A DNA stretch of 64,000 nt. It comes from Nannocystis bainbridge (GTDB lineage: Bacteria; Myxococcota_A; Polyangia; Nannocystales; Nannocystaceae). The stretch spans positions 4,448,001 through 4,512,000 of the forward strand of contig NZ_JAQNDL010000001.1 of the NCBI RefSeq assembly GCF_028368995.1. The letters are read 5' to 3'. The notes beneath the pieces are model-generated. The model searched no databases. It saw nothing but the letters and a program-made list of their open reading frames with translations, and was not told the DNA's origin. Positions 33,782 to 43,733 of this stretch are shown here, one piece after another; position 1 is the stretch's first letter; each line of letters opens with the position of its first letter. A program made the translations under genes and the position numbers.

Positions 33782-36700
33782 TCAGGGCTTGATCTCGACC
33801 TTGCCGGCGGTGCTGTAGCCGTGGCTGCCGCCGACGTACATAAACTCGGCGGAGGCGGGCGGGAGCACGAAGGTGCCGGGGGTCGAGGCGCGCACGAGGT
33901 AGGTGGCGACGACGCGCTCGCCCCAGACGCGGTCGAAGTAGACGTAGACGCGGTCGTCGCGGAGCTCGACGTAGCTGGCGTCGCTGCCGCCCCAGCGTAG
34001 CTGCTCGTGGAACGGGTGCTGGTCGGTGAGCTCGGGGGCGCGGGCGACGGTCCAGAGGTCAGGCTGGATCGGCTCGAAGCCGGCGGGCAGGCGGTCGGTG
34101 ACGGCGAGGTAGTTCATCTGGTTGCCGTCGAGCTCACTGAGGGGCAAGTCGGCGAGCAGGGCGACGCGCAGGACCTGGCCGGGCTTGACGGTGGTGAGGT
34201 CGATCGGGCCGCCGCGCGCGTCGGTGATGGCGCGGTAGATGTCGGGGCCCTGCTTCGCGGTGGTGGCGACGAGGCCGCGGGCGTCGTCGAGCGGCCGCTT
34301 CCAGGCGCCCTCGACCATGAAGGCGATGGCGGCGGTGCTGTCGCTGGCGAGCCGGAGGGTGGCCTTCTTGCCGCGCAGGTCGGCGACGGCGATCCGGTAC
34401 TCGAGGGCGCCGGCGCCGAGCTCGGCGGCAGCAGTGAGGGCGATGCCGTCGAGGCTGGCGGTGACGCCGGCGCCGGTGGCGGGCTGGTTCTTGAGCTGCT
34501 CGGCGATCGCCATCAGCGAGTAGGCGGTGGCCTGGGTGGTGTAGCTCTCGGTGGTGTCGGCGAGCCTCTGGGTGAGCTTGGCCTTGAGCACGGAGCTCGG
34601 GCGCAGGCGGCCGAGGGTGATGACGGTCTGCGCCATCGTGCGCGTGGTCGAGCCGAAGTAGTAGAAGTCGCGGTACCCGGCGGTCTTGGCCAGCGTGCCG
34701 TCGGCCTCGTAGCTGGCCTCGACCTCGTCGACGAGCTGTTTGACGCGGTCTTCCTGGCCCTTGAGGCTGTTCAGGGCGATCGCCAGGCTGGCGAGGCCGA
34801 ACACGCCCATGTGCTCCTTGCGGTCGAACAGCGGGTCGGCGGCGCTCTCGGGCAGCGCGCCGAGCTCGCCGAGAGTGTGGGCGATCGCGGCCTGGACCTC
34901 GGCCTCGGTGCCGTCGGACAGGAGCATCTCCTGGAGATACGAGGTGACGCCCTCGAGCAGGCCGTCGGGCAAGGTGAGGCCGGCCTGCTTGGCGGCGACG
35001 AGGGCGCGCACGGCGTAGGCGGTGCCGTAGACGTTGGGGACGCTGTCGCCGGGCCAGTAACCGAGGCCGCCGGAGGCGGTGCGCATGCCGGCGAGCCGCT
35101 TGAGGCCGACCTGGATCCGCTTGTCGAGCTCCTCGCGCGACATGCCGCCGATGCCGATGCGCGGCAGGATGTCGCGCGCGGCCAGCAGCGGCAGGGTGCC
35201 CGAGGTGGTCTGCTCGACGCAGCCGTGGGGGTAGTCGAGCAGGTACTGCAGGCGGGCGCCGAGCTCGGGCCACAGGTGCTGGCCGGCGAGGACCTTGATG
35301 TAGTCCTTGTCGCCGCGACCGACGAGGACGCCGGCGGGGATCTCGAGCGCGATCTCCTGGGCGCCGACGAAGGCGCCGTCGAGGTGCGGCCGCTCGGCGA
35401 GACCGGGCACGTCGACGGGGATGATCGACTCGACGGCGTCGCGCACGGTGCCGCCGTCGCGGACGTTGAAGTTGAGCTTGAGCTCGCCGGGGACGGCGGC
35501 GGTCAGCGGGAAGCCGACGCGCTGGTGACCCTGCGGCGGGACGGTGACGGCCTGGGTGGCGTCGTTCATCGCCACGGTGGCGGCGAGCGGCAGGTCGGTG
35601 TTGTTGTGGACCATCGCCGCGGCCTCGAAGCTGTCGCCGGTGGCGGCGAAGCGCGGGACGACGGGGATCATCATGACCGGCCGACGCACTGTGAAGTCGC
35701 TTTCGACGGCGGCGCCCTTGCCCTGCTTGTCGATGACGACGGCCATCATGCGGAAGCGGGTGAGGTTGTCGGGCAAGGTGAACTTGACGGTGGCCTTGCC
35801 GCTGGCGTCGGTGCGCAGGTCGGGCTTCCAGAAGGCGGTCTGGACGAAGTTCTTGCGGGTGTTGGTGACGGAGGCGCTGGCGTCGCCGTCGCCAGCGGTC
35901 TGGCTGTGCTTGAGCAGGGCAGCGAGCAGGTCGCGCGAGTCGCTGACCTCGAAGGCCAGCGGCTGACCGGGGCGCAGGGCGGCTGCGGGATCTTCGGCGT
36001 GGAAGTTGGTCATGCGCAGCACGCCCTCGTCGACGACGGCGAGCGCGACCTCGGCCCCGGCGACGGGCTTGCCTTTGTGGTCGACGTCGACGGTGATCTC
36101 GACCTCTTCGCGCGGCTCGTAGGTGGCCTTGTCGCTGGCGACGGTGGCGGCGAGTCGGACGTCGTCGAAGGTGACGGGGATCCGCGCGACGCCGATCTTC
36201 CAGTCGGTGCGCTCGTCGCCGCTGCCGATCGGGAGCAGGGTGACGGTGGCGTGGACGTAGGGGGCGTGGCTGGCGTTGACGGGGACTTCGAAGAGGGCGG
36301 CGGCCTCGTCGAGGCGGCGGACTTCTTGCTTGAGGAGGCCGCCCTGCTCGACGGTGAAGATGGCGGTGGCGGCGGCGAAGGGGCTGCGCACGAGCAGCTT
36401 GGCGGTCTCACCGGGGGCGTAGCGGGCTTTGTCGGGGGTGAGCTCGACGGTGCGGCCCTTGCTGGGGACGACGGGCTGGTCGCCGCCGTGACCCCAGGCC
36501 CACAGGTCGGTCATGCCGCCAGGGCGGCCGTCGACCTCGGCGCGGACCTCGTAGGAGCCGGAGGCGGGCGGGACGAGGTCGCAGGTGGCGGGGACGCTGG
36601 TGCTGGTGGCGGTGCAGTGGCCGACCTCTTTGAGGGTGCGCTGCCACTGGTAGTCGTAGCCGCCGCCCTTCATCGGCTTCTTGCTGTAGGTCCAGTCGAC

Positions 36701-39508
36701 CCGGTGCATGCGCGCGGTGACGGGCACGCCCTCGACCGACTTGCCCTCGGGGTCGACGACGCCGAGCTGGATGTGGACGGGGGCGCCGACGTCGCTCCAC
36801 GGCTGCTCGACCTTGAGGCCGGCGTAGCGATTGGCCGGGTGGACGACGACGGCGCCGCGGCCGGCGATGTGGCGATACGAGGTGTCGGCGACGTCGGCCT
36901 CGAGGGTGAAGCGCTGCGGGCCGACGGTGCCGGCGAGGTCGAGCTTCTGCGAGACCTTGAGGGTGCCGTCAGGGCCGAGCTCGCCGCTGCCGGCGCGCGA
37001 CCAGTCCTCGTCGCCGTTCTCCTCCTCCCACCACGCGTGCTCCCGCTCGGAGAAGACGAGGCCGGCGTCGACGAGGGTGCCGGAGGGCAGGGCGGCGGAC
37101 TCGCGCGTGACGGTCCACTCGACCTGAGCCTTGTCCATGGCGGCGCCGAACAGGTACTTGCCGACGACGGTGGCCGCGAGCACGCCCTTGGCCTCGCGGG
37201 CGTCGACGTCAACGGTGAAGCGCGGCGGCTCGAACTCGGCGACCTGGACCACGGTCTCGTCGAGGCGCCGGTCGCTGTTGGCCTCGTAGACGGCGATGAT
37301 GTGGCGACCGAGGCGCGCCTCGGCGGGCACGTTGTAGTCGGCGGCGACGCTGCCCATGTCGTCGGTGACGAGCGGGAAGGTCGCGAGGTCCTCCTCGGTC
37401 GGGCCGATGACCTTGACGACGACGGGCTTGCCAGCGAGCGGGGCGATGTCCTCGCCGATGCGCTGGCGCAGGCTGGCCTTGAGGTGGACGACGGCGCCGG
37501 GGCGGTAGATGCCGCGGTCGGTGATCACCATGCCGCGACGGTCGCCGAGCTGCGGCGCGGACTCGGCCGAGAAGTGGGGGAACAGCCGGTTCTCCCGCGA
37601 GGGGTTCTTGAGCTGGACGGTCAGCGCGGCGGCGCCACCCTCGACCCGCACGGCGGTGCTGCCGGCGCGATCGAGGCCGATCGGGAGGACGGCGAAGCCG
37701 TTGGCGTCGGTGGTGCGGCCGGCGACCTTGTCGCCGTTGAGAGCGAAGCTGGCCCCAGAGACAGGTTCACCGGTGGCCAGGCGAGCGACGTGCACGAGGG
37801 TGACCTCGGGCAGGACGTGGGTGTGGACGGCGAGGGCCTGGTCGTCACCAGGGGTGACGAGCGCGAGCGGCTGCCGCGAGGCGCTCATCCACGCCGGGTA
37901 CTGGACCGGCTGGGCGCCCTCGGCGGGGGCGACGAGGTTGACGGCGAGGACGTAGTTCTTGCCGGCGCTGAGCTTGGCGAGCAGGTCGACCTGGGTGGTG
38001 ACGAACTTGTCGGGGTCGGCGGCGGGCTCGAAGGCGATGGTGGTGGTGGGCGCGCCCTCGGGCGGGGTGCGGCGCTCGAGCTGCTCGCGGGCCTGGTTGA
38101 GCGCGGCGGCGTCGTCGGCGACCTCCCAGGCGGTGATCTCGCCGCGGGCGACGTTGCGCGAGGTGACGGTAAAGGCGCGGCTGGCGGCGCCGTCGAGGAT
38201 CAGGACGCCCTCGGGCATCGACACGCTGGCGGCCAGCGGGGTGGTGTCGAGGGTGATGGCGGTCGGCGGGACGGTGTTGCCGTAGATGTCCTTGAGGCCA
38301 GGTAGCGCGAGGCGGTAGGTCCGCGACGGCAGGAAGTTGCCGGACACGACGACGCGGCCGTTGCTCTCCCAGGTGTCGTTGACCCACACGCTGAGGTTGT
38401 CGACCGCCGGGGTGACGCGGACCTGGTTCTTGAGGTCGGCCTGGGCGACGTCGAGGCGGTTGGTGAACTCGAGCGCGACCTCGCGGCCGTCGGTGCGCAG
38501 GCGCGGGCTGTCCCACTCGCACACGCTGCGGTCCCAGGCGTAGCCGCAGCTGGCCCGGGTGAGCTCGAGCGGGCCGGCGACCTCGTAGCGCTTCTCGAAG
38601 TCGTCACCCTTGTGGCCGCGGGCCTTGAAGACGACGGCGGACTCCTCGTTCATCCGCGCGGCCGGCTTGACCTCGACGATCTGGCGCGGGTTGACGGTGT
38701 AGCCCTCGAAGCGGCTGCTCTTGAGGTGCGCGAGGGTGACGGCGATCTTCTCGCCGTTCTCGTAGGCGAGCTCGACGAGGCCCTCGACCTTCTTGAGGTT
38801 GACGGGCTGGTCGAAGACGACGAAGAAGCTGGCGTCGTTGCGGACGCGGCCGCCCCACTGCGGGTAGACGTTGACGGCGCCGTACTCGCCGGGGGTCGGC
38901 AAGTAGGTGATCGTCTTGCCGGCGACGTCGATCCGCGGCTCGGCGACGAAGCCGGCCTTCCACGGCTCCATGGCGCCGCCGTCCTCGGTGGTGAGGCCCT
39001 GGACGGTGATCGTGTAGGTGACGGCGGGGTCGAAGGGCTTGGCGGCGCGGAACTCGAGCGAGCGACCCTGGGTCCACGCGGCCTTGCCGGCGACCGGCGG
39101 ATCGATGGTGAGGGTGCCGGCAGCAGCAGCGACGGGCTTGTCCTTGACGATCTTGGCGGGCAGCTTGACGCTCCGGTTGAAGCGCAGGCGCACGACCTGA
39201 CCCTCGACCTCGAACTTGCCGTCCTCGACGGTCGGCCAGCTGACGGTCAGCGGCTGGTCGCTGCCGACATCCTCGCCGCCGATGTCGAGCTCGGGCCGCG
39301 CGTGGCGATCGGTGAGCGGCGGCGGGAAGACCAGGGCGGCGCCGGTCTGGGCCGGGATCGTGCGCACGAGCGAGTCGCCTTCGGGCTGCTGCTCGTCGGT
39401 GGCGCCGACGTCGACCGCGGGCTTGGACACGGGCTGGCAAGCGACGAGGGCGAGCAGCGCCGGCGAGAGGGTGAGCAGACGAAGACGAGGGCCGCGTGGG
39501 TGCTGCAT
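33782..39508 (-). CDS. Bacterial alpha-2-macroglobulin (YfhM-type) lipoprotein
   Basis: Lipobox LALVAC; TDRGIYRPG (MG2), LAVVDEGVL, LPDNLT, thioester YPHGCVEQT, DRLPAGFE, ELRDDRV. Confidence 0.95.
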   Translation of the reverse strand: MQHPRGPRLRLLTLSPALLALVACQPVSKPAVDVGATDEQQPEGDSLVRTIPAQTGAALVFPPPLTDRHARPELDIGGEDVGSDQPLTVSWPTVEDGKFEVEGQVVRLRFNRSVKLPAKIVKDKPVAAAAGTLTIDPPVAGKAAWTQGRSLEFRAAKPFDPAVTYTITVQGLTTEDGGAMEPWKAGFVAEPRIDVAGKTITYLPTPGEYGAVNVYPQWGGRVRNDASFFVVFDQPVNLKKVEGLVELAYENGEKIAVTLAHLKSSRFEGYTVNPRQIVEVKPAARMNEESAVVFKARGHKGDDFEKRYEVAGPLELTRASCGYAWDRSVCEWDSPRLRTDGREVALEFTNRLDVAQADLKNQVRVTPAVDNLSVWVNDTWESNGRVVVSGNFLPSRTYRLALPGLKDIYGNTVPPTAITLDTTPLAASVSMPEGVLILDGAASRAFTVTSRNVARGEITAWEVADDAAALNQAREQLERRTPPEGAPTTTIAFEPAADPDKFVTTQVDLLAKLSAGKNYVLAVNLVAPAEGAQPVQYPAWMSASRQPLALVTPGDDQALAVHTHVLPEVTLVHVARLATGEPVSGASFALNGDKVAGRTTDANGFAVLPIGLDRAGSTAVRVEGGAAALTVQLKNPSRENRLFPHFSAESAPQLGDRRGMVITDRGIYRPGAVVHLKASLRQRIGEDIAPLAGKPVVVKVIGPTEEDLATFPLVTDDMGSVAADYNVPAEARLGRHIIAVYEANSDRRLDETVVQVAEFEPPRFTVDVDAREAKGVLAATVVGKYLFGAAMDKAQVEWTVTRESAALPSGTLVDAGLVFSEREHAWWEEENGDEDWSRAGSGELGPDGTLKVSQKLDLAGTVGPQRFTLEADVADTSYRHIAGRGAVVVHPANRYAGLKVEQPWSDVGAPVHIQLGVVDPEGKSVEGVPVTARMHRVDWTYSKKPMKGGGYDYQWQRTLKEVGHCTATSTSVPATCDLVPPASGSYEVRAEVDGRPGGMTDLWAWGHGGDQPVVPSKGRTVELTPDKARYAPGETAKLLVRSPFAAATAIFTVEQGGLLKQEVRRLDEAAALFEVPVNASHAPYVHATVTLLPIGSGDERTDWKIGVARIPVTFDDVRLAATVASDKATYEPREEVEITVDVDHKGKPVAGAEVALAVVDEGVLRMTNFHAEDPAAALRPGQPLAFEVSDSRDLLAALLKHSQTAGDGDASASVTNTRKNFVQTAFWKPDLRTDASGKATVKFTLPDNLTRFRMMAVVIDKQGKGAAVESDFTVRRPVMMIPVVPRFAATGDSFEAAAMVHNNTDLPLAATVAMNDATQAVTVPPQGHQRVGFPLTAAVPGELKLNFNVRDGGTVRDAVESIIPVDVPGLAERPHLDGAFVGAQEIALEIPAGVLVGRGDKDYIKVLAGQHLWPELGARLQYLLDYPHGCVEQTTSGTLPLLAARDILPRIGIGGMSREELDKRIQVGLKRLAGMRTASGGLGYWPGDSVPNVYGTAYAVRALVAAKQAGLTLPDGLLEGVTSYLQEMLLSDGTEAEVQAAIAHTLGELGALPESAADPLFDRKEHMGVFGLASLAIALNSLKGQEDRVKQLVDEVEASYEADGTLAKTAGYRDFYYFGSTTRTMAQTVITLGRLRPSSVLKAKLTQRLADTTESYTTQATAYSLMAIAEQLKNQPATGAGVTASLDGIALTAAAELGAGALEYRIAVADLRGKKATLRLASDSTAAIAFMVEGAWKRPLDDARGLVATTAKQGPDIYRAITDARGGPIDLTTVKPGQVLRVALLADLPLSELDGNQMNYLAVTDRLPAGFEPIQPDLWTVARAPELTDQHPFHEQLRWGGSDASYVELRDDRVYVYFDRVWGERVVATYLVRASTPGTFVLPPASAEFMYVGGSHGYSTAGKVEIKP

Positions 39509-39788
39509 GACGGGGGAGTGCGGCGGAGGCCGCGGCGACAATGGTGCATGCGAGACGGGTCCGCCGGAAAGGTCGAGCGCTCGCAGATGCACGCTGTTCG
39601 GTCAGCGAAACGCGTGACCACGACGACAAAATCCCGCGCCAGCGGCGCGGAACCGCCCGAGGGCGAGCGATTTCTCGCGCGGTAAGTTCGGCCGGGAGCC
39701 TTGGCGCGAGCGAACGCGAGGCGGCCGCCGTGGGCGGCGAAGGGCGGAGAACTCGGGATGCGCGGGCAAGAAGCGGGTGCGGGACGGC

Positions 39789-40170
39789 TGTCCGCGAGGA
39801 CAGGGCGGGCTCACGCGAGTGCGCGGCGCGCGAAGAGGCGGATGTCCGCGAGGACAGGTGGTGTGGCGTGCGCGGTGCGGATGTCCGCGAGGACAGGCGG
39901 AGTCGCGTGCGCGTGCGGATGCCCGCGAGGACAACAGTCGTGCGCGAGCGAGGCGGGATGTCCGCAAGGACAGGTGGGCCGCGCGAGCGTGCGGTGTCCG
40001 TGAGGTCAGGGATCGCAGCGCGCGCGAGGCGAGGACCGGCGACGCTCACGCGCGCGAGGCGGGATGTCCGCGAGGACAGGCGGCCCTCGACGGGCGCGTA
40101 TGTCCGCGGGGACAGGTCGGCCGCGTCTCGTAGTCAGGCGAACGTCCCTGAGGACATGTCGTAGAGACCA
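39789..40170. repeat. Spaced array of (GGA)TGTCCGCGAGGACA(GG) repeats separated by variable spacers
   Basis: Unit starts at 39789, 39843, 39882, 39920, 39959, 39995, 40065, 40101, 40143, 40157. Confidence 0.9.
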
Positions 40171-40194
40171 GGCGGGCGAGAGCCCTGCGCCGGC

Positions 40195-42246
40195 TCAATC
40201 GTCGTCGATGATCGGGACGCGGGCCGGGACGTCCATCGTGATCGGCTTGCTCAGGTCGACGGAGGAGGCGTGGCGGGTGACGATCACGGCCGGCTTCACG
40301 TCGCTCTGCTCGCTGCTGGCGGCCTTCTGCGGGCGGCGCCCGACCAGGAAGTACGTACACAGGGCGCCCTTGCCCTTGACGTGGATGATGCCGCGGCGCT
40401 GAAAGGCGTACTTGTGGCGCAGGCGCTTGTAGGTGGCCTCGGTGACCTGGACGGCGTTGGCGATGCCGTGCGACTCCATGCGGCTGGCGATGTTGACGGT
40501 GTCGCCCCACAGGTCGTACGCGAACTTCTTGGTGCCGATGATGCCGGCGGTGACAGGGCCGCAGTTGAGGCCGATGCGGATCCGTACGCCGCGGTTGCGC
40601 TTGGCGTTGAAGCGCTCGATGATCGCCAGCATGTCGAGCGCCATCTCGGCCATCGCCTCGGCGTGGTCGGGCCGCGGCATCGGCAGGCCGCTGGCGGCCA
40701 TGTACTCGTCGCCGATGGTCTTGATCTTCTCGAGGCCGTGCTTCTCGGCCAGCTGGTCGAACATCGAGAAGATGCGGTTGAGCATCGCCACCAGCTCGGC
40801 CGGCGGCAGCTGCTCGCTCATGCGGGTGAAGCCGACGAGGTCGGCGAACAGCACCGTGACGTCGGGGAAGACGTCGGCGATGGTCCGCTGGCCCTCCTTG
40901 AGGCGCTCGGCGATCGGCCGCGGGAGAATGTTGAGGAGCAGCTGCTCGCTGCGCTCCTGCTCGCTGCGGAGCTTGCGGACGTAGGCGCGCTCGCGGTCGC
41001 GGAGGCGCTTCTTCTCGAGGCAGGCGCCGATGCGGGCCCGCAAGATGACCGGGTTGAACGGCTTCGGCAGGTAGTCTTCGGCGCCGAGCTCGATCGACTT
41101 GACGACGGTGTCGATCTCGTCGAGCGCGGAGATCATGATGACCGGCAGGCCGCGGAACTTGTCGTCGGCGTGCAGCTGCTCGAGCACCTGATAGCCGTCC
41201 ATCTCCGGCATCATGACGTCGAGCAGGACGAGGTCGAAGTCCTGGCTGCGCAGCATGTGCAGGGCGCTCTTGCCGTTGTCGGCGAGCTGCACGGTGTGGC
41301 CCTCGCGCTCGAGCCGGCGGGCCAACATGCTGCGGTTCGACTCGTTGTCGTCGACGACGAGGATCCGGCCGGTGTCGGAGGTCGCGCGCGGGATGCTGGT
41401 CTGCCGCGGCAGGCTCGGCGCGACGGTGGTCTGGCTCGGCTCGGGCGCCGGCTTCGAGGTGTGGAGGATCTTGTTGACCGCGCCGCCGCTGACGATCTCG
41501 TCGAGCCGCTGCACCGCGTCGAAGATCAGCTCGACGTCGGCGCTGACCTCGTCACGGTCGTTCTGCTTGAAGATCTGGACCAGCCGCTCGACGTGGGTCC
41601 GCAGGTGCGCCAGCGGGAACAGCAGGTCGCGGTTGAGCCGCTCCTGGCTCGGCCGCTGCGCCTTGGGATCGAGCAGCTCGTCGATGACGCCGAGCAGCTG
41701 GCGACCGTCGCTGAGCAGCTGGCGGACGTGCGCGCCGACGAACTCGTCGTGCTTCTCCTCGGCGTCCTCCAGCAGCATCTCGCTGTAGCCGAAGATCTGG
41801 TTGAACGGCGTGCGCAGGTCGTGGCGCAGCTGCGCGGACGACGAACGCTTGGTCGTCGAGGTCGGGAGCCGCGGCGCGTCAGGCTCGGGCCGCGAGATGG
41901 CCCGCGGCAGCGGCTGCGAGACGCCACGCGGGATCGGCGCGACGATCGAGTTCTCGCCGCTGTTGATCAGGAAGTTGGGGAATTGCGAGCCCGCTTGCTC
42001 GTCGTCGACGTCGATCGAGACGTCGGTCGGCGAGTCGTCGGTGGCGATGCCGGTGAAGTCGAGCTCCGAATCGTCGGCAGCGGCCTCGACGGCGTGGCTC
42101 GGATCGGGCTCCTCGATGATGCTGCCCTTGAACGGATCGTCGTCGTCGTCCGGGATGCCGATCCGCGGATCCTGACCCACCAACGGCTCGCCTGCGGGGT
42201 CCTTGGCGACCTTGTTGCCGCGGCTATTTGGATCCTTTTCTCGCAT
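40195..42246 (-). CDS. Class III adenylate cyclase with HisKA-like and receiver domains
   Basis: HDLRTP H-box; REC ILVVDD...LLDVMMPEMDG...KPF; cyclase FADLVGFT, KIKTIGD, YDLWGDTVN.ASRMES (K/D pair indicates ATP). Confidence 0.92.
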   Translation of the reverse strand: MREKDPNSRGNKVAKDPAGEPLVGQDPRIGIPDDDDDPFKGSIIEEPDPSHAVEAAADDSELDFTGIATDDSPTDVSIDVDDEQAGSQFPNFLINSGENSIVAPIPRGVSQPLPRAISRPEPDAPRLPTSTTKRSSSAQLRHDLRTPFNQIFGYSEMLLEDAEEKHDEFVGAHVRQLLSDGRQLLGVIDELLDPKAQRPSQERLNRDLLFPLAHLRTHVERLVQIFKQNDRDEVSADVELIFDAVQRLDEIVSGGAVNKILHTSKPAPEPSQTTVAPSLPRQTSIPRATSDTGRILVVDDNESNRSMLARRLEREGHTVQLADNGKSALHMLRSQDFDLVLLDVMMPEMDGYQVLEQLHADDKFRGLPVIMISALDEIDTVVKSIELGAEDYLPKPFNPVILRARIGACLEKKRLRDRERAYVRKLRSEQERSEQLLLNILPRPIAERLKEGQRTIADVFPDVTVLFADLVGFTRMSEQLPPAELVAMLNRIFSMFDQLAEKHGLEKIKTIGDEYMAASGLPMPRPDHAEAMAEMALDMLAIIERFNAKRNRGVRIRIGLNCGPVTAGIIGTKKFAYDLWGDTVNIASRMESHGIANAVQVTEATYKRLRHKYAFQRRGIIHVKGKGALCTYFLVGRRPQKAASSEQSDVKPAVIVTRHASSVDLSKPITMDVPARVPIIDDD

Positions 42247-42794
42247 TCAGGCAGCAGTCGCGGACGCGGAGAGGGAGAGTCTAGTGAAGCCGCGCGGGCT
42301 GGAAAAAGCTGGAGGCTTCGATCGTAGCGCGAACACCGTGAGTGCGATCACCCCTCAAAACCAGGTCGCGCGAGCACCACTCTCGCCGCCTCGGGGGCGA
42401 AGGACAACCCTCGGTGTCGGTCAAAACACCCATGGACCGTGCGGGAACGCTCCCGCAAGCCCGCGCTCCCGCCCGGCGGACCTCTGCGGCCGGGATTGCG
42501 AGATCGCCGTGCGCCACGACCGCCAGACCGTTCCCCACCACGCTCACAGTGTACGACTGTTCGCGAGCCGACGTCCTCGGAGCGGGACACCGCCCGGCAG
42601 ATCGGCGGAGATCGATGGGCCGACGGACGCCGCGGCGCGGGAGCGCGCGAGGAGGGGCCGCGGCTCGGGCGAAATCTCCGCCGTGATCACCGGTCCTTTG
42701 GGACATCGTCGCGCCGCAATGGCGCTTGACCGCCAAAGTCGCCAGCCTCGAAGATGTCGCGGCCGGGCGCGCGAGCGCCGGCAAGCGGAAGAAT

Positions 42795-43688
42795 ATGAAG
42801 AGTTTTCGCGACGAGTACACCTTGCAGGCGACGGATTCGGTGCCAGAAGGCGTGGCCTTCGATGCGAGGACAGGGCGCTTCTTCGCGACCGGGCTGCTGA
42901 GCGGCACCATCACGCAGATCGACGCGGGGACCGGGGAAGAGCGGCCGTTCTTCGCGCCTGCGGGGCAGCCGCAGCAGCTCACGGGCGCCAAGGTCGACGA
43001 GGTCAACCGCCGCTTGTGGGTCTGCTATTCGGAGATCCAAAACATGCTCGGCGGGGTCCACGTGTTCGATGTCGACACGGGTGCGCGGCTGGCGAGCTTC
43101 GAGCTGGCGCGCGGCGGCATCTGCAACGACGTCGCGCTGGCACCGGAAGGGGTCGCGTACGTGACCGACTCCTTCCAGCCGGTGATCTACCGGGTCGACC
43201 TGGCGTCCGGGGCGGCCGACGAGTTCGTGCGCGACGCCCGGATGTCGGCGCCGATGGGCCAGTTCGGGCTCAACGGCGTCGCCGTCAGCCCCGACGGGGC
43301 GTACGTGATCGGCGGCTTCACCTCGCCCTCGAAGCTGTTCGTGGTCCCGCGCGCGGGCGGAGAGGTTCGCGAGATCTCCCTCGACGGCGACCCATTCGCG
43401 CCCGCCGGCGACCCGCACTTCCTCGGCGCCGACGGCATCCTCTTCATCGACGACGCGCTCTACGTGATCCACGACGGCGGCGTGCAGCAGGTCCGCTTCA
43501 CCGCGCCGGAGTACCGCGCCGGGACGGTCAGGAACCGCCTGGTCCCCGAGCCCGGGCTGTCGACCGCGACCGTGGCTCACGGCCAGCTCTACGTGATCAA
43601 GAGCGAGGTCGTGCGGATGGTCCACATGAAGCAGGCGCCGCGCCTGCCGTTCAAGATCTACCGGGTGCCGCTGGCGGTGTTCGCCTGA
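42795..43688 (+). CDS. SMP-30/gluconolactonase-like beta-propeller protein
   Basis: PEGVAFD, CNDVALAPEG.AYVTDS, LNGVAVSPDG, ADGI blade motifs; start 42795 inferred (alt. 42726). Confidence 0.8.
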   Translation: MKSFRDEYTLQATDSVPEGVAFDARTGRFFATGLLSGTITQIDAGTGEERPFFAPAGQPQQLTGAKVDEVNRRLWVCYSEIQNMLGGVHVFDVDTGARLASFELARGGICNDVALAPEGVAYVTDSFQPVIYRVDLASGAADEFVRDARMSAPMGQFGLNGVAVSPDGAYVIGGFTSPSKLFVVPRAGGEVREISLDGDPFAPAGDPHFLGADGILFIDDALYVIHDGGVQQVRFTAPEYRAGTVRNRLVPEPGLSTATVAHGQLYVIKSEVVRMVHMKQAPRLPFKIYRVPLAVFA

Positions 43689-43691
43689 GGC

Positions 43692-43733
43692 TGTCCCTCG
43701 GGGCATGCTCCCAAGGACATGCCCCGAAGGTCA
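43692..43733. repeat. Three tandem 14-bp units
   Basis: TGTCCCTCGGGGCA-TGCTCCCAAGGACA-TGCCCCGAAGGTCA; the final TCA is the helicase stop codon. Confidence 0.85.

Noticed and set aside
34007-38305. Long antisense and alternative-frame ORFs (e.g. 34007-38305, 53817-56921, 1554-4271)
   Set aside because: Typical high-GC shadow ORFs with skewed composition overlapping well-supported genes
31094-39508. Alpha-2-macroglobulin with pbpC as a novel system
   Set aside because: A well-known conserved pairing, with a canonical CxEQ thioester
39789-40170. CRISPR array
   Set aside because: Repeats are only 14-19 bp, spacing is irregular (14-70 nt), spacers resemble each other, and there is no AT-rich leader or cas gene; the repeat is the window-wide 14-mer
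42247-42794. Possible sRNA in the ~550-bp divergent intergenic region
   Set aside because: No terminator, recognisable motif or convincing structure seen
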